44,221 nt of DNA from the NCBI GenBank assembly GCA_047974615.1, contig JBKECM010000109.1, positions 1 through 44,221 of the forward strand, in the 5' to 3' direction. The notes below the pieces were generated by a model, which made no database searches, was not told the DNA's origin, and worked only from the letters and a program-made list of their open reading frames with translations. The position numbers were made by a program, and so were the translations under genes. Every line of letters starts with the position of its first letter. Within the stretch, counting starts at the first letter, position 1. Source of the DNA: Lachnospirales bacterium. GTDB taxonomy: Bacteria; Bacillota; Clostridia; Lachnospirales; CAMZNU01. Shown here piece by piece: positions 19,662-28,900 of the stretch.

Positions 19662-21458
19662 ATGAAAAGATATTTAGCTTTAACATTAGCATCTGCACTT
19701 TTAGCTACAAATGTAGTTTATGCTGCAAATGACACAACTTCAAGTGCATCTGAAAGTACAGAAGCAACTACAACTACAACTACAACAACTACTACTTCAG
19801 TTAAAACAACTGTAGCACCTGTTTTAGTTACAGCTTCTTCTACAGAAAATCCTGAAGGATATGAGTTATATGTCGTAGTAACAAATGATAACTTATCTAC
19901 AATAGCTCAAAAATATGATACTACTTGGCAAGCAATAGCTGAGTTAAATGGTATAACTCATAGAGCAAACTTAATCTTCCCTGGTGAAGTATTTAAAATT
20001 CCTGGTACAGAAGGTACAAATTTAGCTGAAACAGCTGAACCAGTAACTCCAGAAGTTCCTGTAATTGAAGAGCCAGTTGAACCAGTAACTCCTGAAGTTC
20101 CTGTAATTGAAGAGCCAGTTGAGCCAGTAACTCCAGAAGTTCCTGTAATTGAAGAACCAGTTGAACCAGTAACTCCAGAAGTTGATCCTATTGTTCCAGT
20201 TGAACCTGTAAATCCAATAGCTGAAACTAAAAACCTTAAAAATGGTACTTATGTAGGTATCAATGGTGATTATTCTACAGATGAAGCTTTAGATAACTGG
20301 GATTATTTCGTAACTATCGAAGTTGCTGATGGTGTTATTACTGATGTAAATTGGGATGCAAAAAGCGAATTATCATCTACAAATACTAAAAAAGAGCAAT
20401 CTGAAGCAGGCTTATATGGTATGGAAGCAGCTAGTGCTTTAGGTAAAACTTGGCATGAACAAGCTGAATTCGTTGAGGAAGCTTTATTAACTCATCAATC
20501 AGTTGACGTGTTTGAAGTAGATCCAGAAACTAGCAAATTATTATCTATTGATGGTGTTGACACTACATCTTCTGTTTCAATTAAAGTAGCTGACTTTGTA
20601 AAATATGCTGATCAAGCTATCCAAAAAGCTCATGGTGAATTACCTGCTACTGAAACTGTAGATACCATATCATCGGCTTCTTTATCTACTGATGCTGCTG
20701 TAATTACACAAGCTTTATCTCCAGAAGGTAACTGGTTAGTTGCTGCTATTGGTGATACTGTTGCTACTGAGCATATCGTTGTTGAAGGCGAATTCCGTAA
20801 GGAAAATGCTACAGAGGGCGACTTATACCGTAAATTTACACCAAGTAATCACGTTAATAATGAGGCAGGAAGAGATAAGACTAAAGAAGAATTTTATGTA
20901 TTTACAGCTGAAGAGGGTATGACAGTTAAATCTGAAAACCTTAATATGCAAAATGGTACTTTTGTTGGTGATATTACTGTAGATGCTCCTGGTTTTACAC
21001 TTTCAAATATGACTGTAATTGGTAATGTTACATTTACTAGCCAAGAATACAGAGATAGCGCAAACTTCAAAAACTCAAATGTTACTGGTGATGTTACACC
21101 TTTCTATGCAACTGAGCATTTAAATGATGGTACTTATACTGGTAAAGTAGAAGGCGAAAACTACAATGATGTTGTTGATGTTGTTGTTAGATATGGTAAA
21201 ATCGTTAATGTAGATTATAATCCATTAAAAGTTGTTGATGGTGCTGAAACTGGTGAAGGTAAAAAAGAATTAGCAGAAAAAGGTGAGTATGTACTTGCTG
21301 AAACTGCTACTGCTTCTTGGGCTGAACAAGCTGCAACTTTAGAAGCTTATTTACTTGCTAACTACAATGATTTAGACGTTGATGCAATTTCTGGTGCTAC
21401 AATTACTATTGATGGTTTCTTAGAAGCTGCTAAACTTGCTGTTGAACAAGCTAAATAA
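19662..21458 (+). CDS. secreted LysM protein with Pro/Glu linker and FMN-binding (flavinylation) domains
   Basis: Signal peptide (VYA), Thr-rich tract, LysM (YVVVTNDNLSTIAQKY...NLIFPGEVFKIP), two KNGTY/NDGTY-type FMN_bind domains, DAISGAT motif. Confidence 0.8.
   Translation: MKRYLALTLASALLATNVVYAANDTTSSASESTEATTTTTTTTTTSVKTTVAPVLVTASSTENPEGYELYVVVTNDNLSTIAQKYDTTWQAIAELNGITHRANLIFPGEVFKIPGTEGTNLAETAEPVTPEVPVIEEPVEPVTPEVPVIEEPVEPVTPEVPVIEEPVEPVTPEVDPIVPVEPVNPIAETKNLKNGTYVGINGDYSTDEALDNWDYFVTIEVADGVITDVNWDAKSELSSTNTKKEQSEAGLYGMEAASALGKTWHEQAEFVEEALLTHQSVDVFEVDPETSKLLSIDGVDTTSSVSIKVADFVKYADQAIQKAHGELPATETVDTISSASLSTDAAVITQALSPEGNWLVAAIGDTVATEHIVVEGEFRKENATEGDLYRKFTPSNHVNNEAGRDKTKEEFYVFTAEEGMTVKSENLNMQNGTFVGDITVDAPGFTLSNMTVIGNVTFTSQEYRDSANFKNSNVTGDVTPFYATEHLNDGTYTGKVEGENYNDVVDVVVRYGKIVNVDYNPLKVVDGAETGEGKKELAEKGEYVLAETATASWAEQAATLEAYLLANYNDLDVDAISGATITIDGFLEAAKLAVEQAK
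20037..20183 (+). repeat. 3.5 copies of a 42-bp in-frame tandem repeat (EPVTPEVPVIEEPV)
   Basis: Units start at 20037, 20079, 20121 and 20163 with synonymous variation. Confidence 0.92.
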
Positions 21459-21470
21459 TAAATAATATAA

Positions 21471-21619
21471 TTGAAAAATGCAACATTTTTACGTACTTAA
21501 AATACGTTGGAGTTGAACTTTTTGACTTAGAAGTTTTCCTACTGGAAAACTTCTAAGTCAATTTATTTGCTCGGATTTATTTTCTATAGGTTATGACAAA
21601 GAAAATGTTGAATTTTTAA
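21471..21619. repeat. nested inverted repeat with a perfect 18-bp central hairpin
   Basis: TTGACTTAGAAGTTTTCC-TACT-GGAAAACTTCTAAGTCAA (21522-21561) inside outer arms TTGAAAAATGCAACATTTT / AAAATGTTGAATTTTTAA. Confidence 0.7.
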
Positions 21620-21638
21620 TATTGTTAAATAAACATTT

Positions 21639-21691
21639 AAAGGGACTGTAAAGTTAGACGATTTTTTTCGTCATTACTCTATAGTCCCTTT
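21639..21691. terminator. bidirectional terminator-like palindrome of the CTGTAA family
   Basis: AAAGGGACTGTAAAGT / ACTCTATAGTCCCTTT with inner GACGA/TCGTC; lies between convergent genes. Confidence 0.65.
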
Positions 21692-21733
21692 TTATATTTT
21701 TCTATTGGATATTTCTTTATAAAGTCCGTAGTG

Positions 21734-22480
21734 TTAACCAAAAAATTTATCTTTACCAAATTTATAAACTTTTTTTGCTATGTTTTTTTCTTTTAAATTT
21801 AATTTTCTGCCATAGTCTTTTTCTAAAGATTTATAAAGATTATTGTAATCGATTTCTTTTTCAACTACGGTATTATGTAAAATATTTTTCATTTGAAATT
21901 TGTTTACTTGCATAGGTATAGATTGAACACATTTAAATATTTCTGCTGTATAGTATGCATCATTAAATGCATCGTGAAAATCTTCATTATATGGTATTTT
22001 TAAATCGACTACAGCATTTTTTAAGCTTATTTGTGCACCGTTTAAATTTCTCAATTTTTTTGAAACATATTTTTGAATATTTATATAATTTTTAGGGAAG
22101 GGTAAGTCTAATAAACCATACAAGTTTAGGTTTTTAAATAGGGATACAATATCATTATCTCCCCAAACAATAAAAATATCTTCTGTGTCACAGTACTTAC
22201 TAAAATTTTCAGCAATGTGCGAAAATGTATCACATTCTAAAAAAGTTTCCTCAGTAAAGCCTGTAATTTTGCTTACGTGTGGGTGAATTTTAGGATATAC
22301 TGTTGGTTTAATTAATTCGTTAAATCTACTATCCGTTTTTACTTCTTTGAATGTCTTATCAAGCTTAATTGCACCTATTTGTATTATTTCACATGGGCAT
22401 AACTTGTTACTTATTCCTTTTTTATTTTTTTTAAAATCATATGATTGATTAAATTCAAAATCCACTATTATATAATTCAT
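21734..22480 (-). CDS. DEDDh 3'-5' exonuclease (KapD/ERI-1-like)
   Basis: DFEFN, EIIQIGA, WGDND, HDAFNDA. Confidence 0.88.
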   Translation of the reverse strand: MNYIIVDFEFNQSYDFKKNKKGISNKLCPCEIIQIGAIKLDKTFKEVKTDSRFNELIKPTVYPKIHPHVSKITGFTEETFLECDTFSHIAENFSKYCDTEDIFIVWGDNDIVSLFKNLNLYGLLDLPFPKNYINIQKYVSKKLRNLNGAQISLKNAVVDLKIPYNEDFHDAFNDAYYTAEIFKCVQSIPMQVNKFQMKNILHNTVVEKEIDYNNLYKSLEKDYGRKLNLKEKNIAKKVYKFGKDKFFG

Positions 22481-22638
22481 AATTCTCCATTTAATTATAA
22501 AACTAATATCTTTATATTATAATTTTCTTAAAAAAATTTTATAAAGATTTATATTGTTGTTTGTAGTATAACACAAAAAAACTTTAAAGTATATTATATA
22601 TTTAATTTTACTTAAAAAATAGAAAAAAATTTACAATA

Positions 22639-23142
22639 TTAAGAAAATTTATTGTAGTGAATTACTTTTTCGTTAAAACGATTTATAAAGTGGGGTTTTT
22701 CATCGGAATAACCTATTGCAATTACACAATATGGTGTTAAATTTTTTGGAATATTTAAAGTATCACAAACTAACTTCATTCTTTCTTCTATTGGTTTTAC
22801 GCCGATCCAAACACTTCCTAAGCCCAAGTCTACTGCTTTTAATAAAATGTTTTGAGTTGAAGCACCTAAATCGTGGTCTTGTAACTCAGGATACTTTAAG
22901 TTGGATTTATTTGATAATACTACAATACCTAAAGGGGCATTTTTGATAGGTTTTGAGTAAGGGCTTAAGGTTGATAATTGTTCTAATAAAGTTTCTTCTG
23001 TAACAATTATATATTCCCATGGTTGTTGATTTCCAGCAGAAGGCGCTTGCATTCCTGCCTTTAATAATTCAATAATTTTTTCATTTTCTACTTTGACTTT
23101 TGTAAATGATCGTATACTTCTTCTATTATTTATTATATCCAT
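22639..23142 (-). CDS. nitroreductase family protein
   Basis: RRSIRSF, APSAGNQQPW, LGLGSVWIG. Confidence 0.93.
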   Translation of the reverse strand: MDIINNRRSIRSFTKVKVENEKIIELLKAGMQAPSAGNQQPWEYIIVTEETLLEQLSTLSPYSKPIKNAPLGIVVLSNKSNLKYPELQDHDLGASTQNILLKAVDLGLGSVWIGVKPIEERMKLVCDTLNIPKNLTPYCVIAIGYSDEKPHFINRFNEKVIHYNKFS

Positions 23143-23163
23143 AATTCACCTCGTATAAAATAG

Positions 23164-23676
23164 TTAGTTTCTTTGTTTTTCAATATATTTTAAATACTGT
23201 TTAAATACTATTTTTTCAGTACCTCTTTTTAACTTTACTGTAAATTCATCACGTTCGCAAATTGGCTTAACTAAAATTGTATGCATATCTAATCTGTTAC
23301 CTACCCATACATCTGTAAACATTTGGTCGCCTATCATAACTACTTCTTTTGATGTAAGATTTAATTGACTCATACCATTTAATATACCATTTTTTTTAGG
23401 TTTTCCTGCTTTTGAAACGAAGGGTAACTTTAATCCTTCATTAAAAATTTCAACTCGTTTACCTTTGTTGTTTGAAACTAGGCAGATTTTAAAGCCTTCT
23501 TCCATTCTTGTTTTTATAAAGTTTTTAATTTCTTCCGTTGGGTGGTCAATATCGAAAGGTGCTAAAGTATTATCTAAATCAAAAATCAAACCTGTAATCC
23601 CAAGCTTTTTAAGGTTGTTATAGTCTATAGTATATACACTTTCAACATATTCTGTTGGATAAAATCTTTTTAACAT
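23164..23676 (-). CDS. yqeG: YqeG family HAD-IIIA phosphatase
   Basis: DLDNTL, VSNN, AGKP, IGDQMFTDV. Confidence 0.9.
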   Translation of the reverse strand: MLKRFYPTEYVESVYTIDYNNLKKLGITGLIFDLDNTLAPFDIDHPTEEIKNFIKTRMEEGFKICLVSNNKGKRVEIFNEGLKLPFVSKAGKPKKNGILNGMSQLNLTSKEVVMIGDQMFTDVWVGNRLDMHTILVKPICERDEFTVKLKRGTEKIVFKQYLKYIEKQRN

Positions 23677-23885
23677 ATATTCTCCTAAATATAAATTTTA
23701 TATTTATATTTTAACAAAAAAAAATAAATATTTCAAATAAAATTATAGAAAATATAAATTAACTTAAAAATAATTTAAAAGAAAGTATTTTTTCAAAAAT
23801 TAGGATATAAAATAGTTACTGTTATAACTGATAGTGTATTATTGGAAAGATGTAGTGATTATAAAATACAATATTATATCTATAT

Positions 23886-24162
23886 GAGGGTGCTGAAAAA
23901 GTCAAAAAAGAAAAAAATATTACTAATGATAATGGCACAAAAATAGTGAGATAGCATAAAATCAGCGAGGAATGAGCGTAAATTTTATTCAATACGAACG
24001 CAAATTTTTGTGGAATATAATTTTTTTCTAACTTTTGACAGCACCTTCGAAGGAACGAGTGCTAATTTTATGCGACATGCAAAATGATTTGCAAAGCAAA
24101 TCATTAAGTCGAGCGTAATTTTTGTGCAGTAATATTTTTTTCTATCCTTTAGCAGCACCTTC
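23886..24162. mobile_element. MITE family A copy (277 bp) with 9-bp TSD TATCTATAT
   Basis: Ends GAGGGTGCTGAAAAAG / CCTTTAGCAGCACCTTC; TATCTATAT at 23877-23885 and 24163-24171; near-identical to the reverse complement of 36478-36671 apart from an 83-bp insert. Confidence 0.88.
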
Positions 24163-24230
24163 TATCTATATTAAATATTTGAAAAGTATAAAAATATAAA
24201 TTAACATTATTTGTAAAGAATTTTATATAT

Positions 24231-24392
24231 GGTAACATCTAAAAACACCATTATTTTTAATTTTCTATAAATTTTCAAAATTTCTACGTCAGCTTCTCCT
24301 AGCATAAGCACGCTGTTATGCGTTGTCGAAGATTTCTTGAACTATTTAAAATTTAAAAGAAAATTAAATCAAGCGAGTTTTTAGAGGTCACC
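24231..24392. mobile_element. MITE family B copy flanked by ATAT
   Basis: Ends GGTAACATCTAAAAAC / GTTTTTAGAGGTCACC (14/16 match); paired internal arms and central GCATAA/TTATGC hairpin. Confidence 0.72.
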
Positions 24393-24427
24393 ATATTTTA
24401 AAATTGGTAGTTTTTTATCTTTTAATC

Positions 24428-24456
24428 TTGATTTTTTTATTTTATGGTGGTATTAT
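24428..24456 (+). promoter_or_regulatory. sigma-A-like promoter for pyrH-frr
   Basis: TTGATT-17 nt-TATTAT with extended TG. Confidence 0.5.
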
Positions 24457-24508
24457 AAAAGATGGTATATATGTAGTTTATGTTAAAAAAATTGAAGGGT
24501 GATAAATT

Positions 24509-25216
24509 TTGTTTAAGCGTGTATTAATTAAATTAAGTGGCGAAGCTTTAGCTGGAAATAAAAATTTTGGTTTTTGTGAAGAAACGGTAAACAGTATAGT
24601 TGATGATATTATTGAAGCATCAAAAAATACAGAAATTAACTTAGTTGTTGGTGGTGGAAACTTTTGGAGAGGACGCTCGAAGTCTTCTGGTTTTGATAGA
24701 AGTTCTGCTGACCAAATTGGTATGCTTGGTACTGCAATGAATGGCATATATTTAGCTGAAATTTTACGTCAAAAGGGTAAGACTGTTAAAGTTTATTCGC
24801 CTTTAGCGCTCGCTAATATTACAAAACAGTTTACTAAGGCAAGTGCAGAAAAAAACTTGAAAAATGGTGGCATAAATATTTTTGTTTGTGGAGTTGGACA
24901 TCCTTTCTTTTCAACAGATACTATTGCAGCTTTACGTGCTGCTGAGTTAGAATGTGACTGCATATTATTTGCTAAAAACATTGATGGTATATACGATTGT
25001 GACCCAAATAAAAATAAGAATGCAGTTAAATATAAGGAAATAACTTATAGACAAATTATTAAAGATGATTTACAAGCTATAGACATTAGTGCTATTAATA
25101 TATGTGAAACAGAATCAATAAAATCTTTAGTTTTTGCTTTGAATGCTGAAAAGAGTATAGTTCTTGCTTGCGAAAACAATGATAAAATATATGAAATTGG
25201 AACTTTAATTAATTAA
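24509..25216 (+). CDS. pyrH: UMP kinase
   Basis: KLSGEAL, VVGGGNFWRG, DQIGMLGT, PFFSTDT; TTG start. Confidence 0.95.
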   Translation: MFKRVLIKLSGEALAGNKNFGFCEETVNSIVDDIIEASKNTEINLVVGGGNFWRGRSKSSGFDRSSADQIGMLGTAMNGIYLAEILRQKGKTVKVYSPLALANITKQFTKASAEKNLKNGGINIFVCGVGHPFFSTDTIAALRAAELECDCILFAKNIDGIYDCDPNKNKNAVKYKEITYRQIIKDDLQAIDISAINICETESIKSLVFALNAEKSIVLACENNDKIYEIGTLIN

Positions 25217-25238
25217 TTTATTATAAAGGAGAAAAAAT

Positions 25239-25787
25239 ATGTCTTTAGAAAACCTTGAAGATAAGATGCAAAAGAGCCATGAGGCTTTATTAAGAGATTT
25301 TTCAAATATCCGTGCAGGACGTGCTAACCCACATTTGTTAGACAAAATTATGGTTGATTATTACGGTGTTCCAACACCTCTTAATCAAGTAGGAAACGTT
25401 GCTGTACCAGAAGCTCGTGTTTTACAAATTCAACCTTGGGAATCAAATCTTCTTAAGGAAATTGAGAAGGCAATTAATATGTCTGATTTAGGTCTTGTAC
25501 CTAACTCTGATGGTAAATCAATTCGTTTAGTTTTTCCTGAATTAACTGAAGAAAGACGTACACAACTTACAAAGGATATTAAGAAAAAAGGTGAGGACCA
25601 AAAGGTTATTATCCGTAATATTCGTCGTGATGGTATGGATTTATTTAAAAAACAACAAAAAGCTAATGAAATTACTGAAGATGAGCAAAGCTCGCTTGAA
25701 GACAAATTACAAAAACTTACTGATAAATTTGTTGCAGAAATAGACAAAAGTGTTGAGAACAAAAACAAAGAAATTATGACTGTTTAA
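25239..25787 (+). CDS. frr: ribosome recycling factor
   Basis: IRAGRANP, YYGVPTPL, PELTEERR, IRNIRRD. Confidence 0.97.
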   Translation: MSLENLEDKMQKSHEALLRDFSNIRAGRANPHLLDKIMVDYYGVPTPLNQVGNVAVPEARVLQIQPWESNLLKEIEKAINMSDLGLVPNSDGKSIRLVFPELTEERRTQLTKDIKKKGEDQKVIIRNIRRDGMDLFKKQQKANEITEDEQSSLEDKLQKLTDKFVAEIDKSVENKNKEIMTV

Positions 25788-25846
25788 TGGCATTATTCAA
25801 TTTTTTAAAATAAATATAGGCAGTATATAGAAAATATGTAAACAGC

Positions 25847-25875
25847 TTTACTTATTACAAAAAAATTGTTATAAT
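25847..25875 (+). promoter_or_regulatory. sigma-A promoter of PFOR
   Basis: TTTACT-17 nt-TATAAT with extended TG. Confidence 0.6.
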
Positions 25876-25932
25876 ATAAAGGTATTTAGTTCCATTATTT
25901 ATGGTATTAAAATTTTAGGAGGTAGATTAAAA

Positions 25933-28900
25933 ATGGCTTTAATCAAAAAAACATTTGATGGGAATACTGCTGCTGCTTATGCATCTTATGCATTTACAGA
26001 AGTTGCTGGTATCTATCCTATCACACCAAGTTCTCCAATGGCTGAAATCACTGATGAATGGGCTGCTAATGGCTTAAAAAACATCTTTGGTCAATCTGTT
26101 AAAGTTGTAGAACTTCAATCTGAAGCAGGTGCTGCTGGTACTGTTCATGGTTCTTTGGCTGCAGGTGCTTTAACAACTACTTATACTGCATCTCAAGGTT
26201 TATTACTTATGATTCCTAACCTTTATAAGATGGCTGGTGAATTATTACCTGGTGTTTTACACGTTTCGGCACGTACGGTTGCGGCTCATGCTTTATCTAT
26301 CTTTGGCGACCATGGTGACGTTATGGCTGCTAGACAAACAGGTGTAGCAATGCTATGTTCAAACTCTGTTCAAGAAGTTGTTGATTTAGGCGCTGTTGCT
26401 CATTTAGCTACAATTAAAGGTCGTGTTCCTTTTATACATTTTTTTGATGGTTTTAGAACTTCTCATGAAATTCAAAAAGTTGAATGTCTTGAATATTCTG
26501 ATTTAGCTGAACTTTATGATTTTGAAGCTGCTAATAATTTCCGTCGTAATGCTTTAAATCCTGAGCACCCTGTAACTCGTGGTACTGCTCAAAATCCTGA
26601 TATTTTCTTCCAAGCTCGTGAAAGCTCTAACAAATTTTATGATGAGCTTCCAGCTATCGTTGAAGACTATATGCATAAAATTAACTCTAAAACTGGTCGT
26701 AACTATGAGTTATTTAACTACTATGGTGCACAAGATGCTGATAGAGTTATTATAGCTATGGGTTCTGGCTGTGAAGCTATTGAAGAAGTAGTTGATTATT
26801 TAGTTGCTAAAGGCGAAAAAGTTGGTTTATTAAAAGTACGTTTATATCGTCCTTTCTCATTAACTCACTTCTTAGGTGCTATTCCTAAAACTGCTAAAAA
26901 ACTTGCCGTTTTAGATAGAACTAAAGAGCCTGGTGCTTTAGGCGAGCCTTTATATCAAGATGTATGTACTGCATATACAGATATTAAAGAAAAACCTGAA
27001 ATTTTTGCTGGTCGTTACGGTTTATCTTCAAAAGACTTTACACCTGCTCAAGTTGTAGCTGTTTATGAAAATCTTAAACTTACTACTCCAAAAAATCACT
27101 TTACTGTTGGTATCGTTGATGATGTTACAAATCTTTCATTACCTGTTGGTGAAGAATTTAACCCTGTTGAAGATGGTACAGTTTCTTGTAAATTCTGGGG
27201 TCTTGGTGCTGATGGTACTGTTGGTGCTAACAAAAACTCTATTAAAATCATCGGTGATAATACAAACTATTATTCACAAGCATACTTCTCTTATGACTCT
27301 AAAAAATCTGGTGGTGTAACTCAATCGCATTTACGTTTTGGTAAAAATCCAATTCGTTCTACTTATTTAGTTAAGACTGCAGATTTTGTTGCTTGTCATA
27401 ACCCAAGTTATGTAGATAAATATGATATGATTTCTGATTTACGTGTTGGTGGAACTTTCTTACTTAACTGTAATTGGGACGAAAGTGAACTTGAATCTCA
27501 CTTACCTGCAGATATGTTACGTCAAATCGTAAACAAAAAAATCAACTTCTATACTATTGATGCAACTAAAATTGCACGTGAAATAGGTTTAGGTAATAGA
27601 ACAAACACAGTTTTACAAAGTGCTTTCTTCTATTTAACTAACATTATTCCTTATTCTGAAGTTGTTGACCATATGAAAAAAGCTATTACAAAAACTTATA
27701 TTAAAAAAGGTCAAAATATCGTTGATATGAACTGTAAAGCAGTTGATCAAGGTGCTGATGCTTTACACAAAGTTGAAGTTAAAGCTGAATGGGTTAACGC
27801 TCAAGATAAAGATAAAGTAGAATTATATGCGAAAAATCCACTTGAAAACATTAGCTATGTTTCTTCAATACTTGATCCAGTAAATGCTCAAAAAGGTGAC
27901 TTCTTACCTGTTTCAACATTTGTTGGTTATGAAGATGGTACAGTTCCAAATGGTACTGCTGCATATGAAAAACGCAACATTGCTGTAATGGTTCCAAAAT
28001 GGGATAAGAGCAAGTGTATTCAATGTAACCAATGTTCTTATGTTTGTCCTCATGCTACAATTAGACCTTTCTTAGCTTCTGATGATGAAATGAAAAATGC
28101 ACCAGCTGGTTATGAAACAATTAAAGGTTCTAAAGGTTATGAAGATAAAAACTACCGTATCCAAGTAGACGTACTTGACTGTGCTGGCTGTGGAGCTTGT
28201 GCTGTTCAATGTCCTGCTAAAGAAAAAGCTTTAGTTATGGAACCTACTGAATCTCAATATGGCGAAATGGAAAACTGGTATTTTGCTACTAAGTTAAGCA
28301 CTAAAGAAAACCCTGTAAACAGTGAAACTGTTAAAGGTTCTCAATTTGAATTACCTTACCTTGAGTTCTCTGGAGCTTGTGCTGGTTGTGGTGAAACTCC
28401 TTATGCTAAACTTGTAACTCAATTATTTGGTGATAGAATGTATATCGCCAATGCAACTGGTTGTTCTTCTATTTGGGCTGGTTCTGCACCTGCTACACCA
28501 TATACAAAAAATGAAAATGGTCATGGTCCTGCTTGGGCAAACTCATTATTTGAAGATAATGCTGAGTTCGGCTTAGGTATGTACACTGCTGTTAAGCATA
28601 TTCGTGATGGTTTAGTAGATAGAGCACAAAAATTAGTTGACTCTAATTGCTGTAAAGATGCTGCTGCAGCTTGGATTCAATCTAAAGATGATAGTAAATT
28701 AACTAAAGAAGTTTCTAAAAACTTTGTTGATGCATTAAAATCTTGCACAAACGCTGATAATAAAGAAACTGTTAAATATTTACTTGATAATTCTGACCAG
28801 TTAACTAAAAAATCTCAATGGATTATTGGTGGTGACGGTTGGGCATACGATATCGGTTTTGGTGGTTTAGACCACGTTATCGCTAGTGGCGAAAACGTAA

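Noticed and set aside
20037-20183. Tandem repeat as a CRISPR array
   Set aside because: No spacers; it is an in-frame coding repeat. No cas genes in the window.
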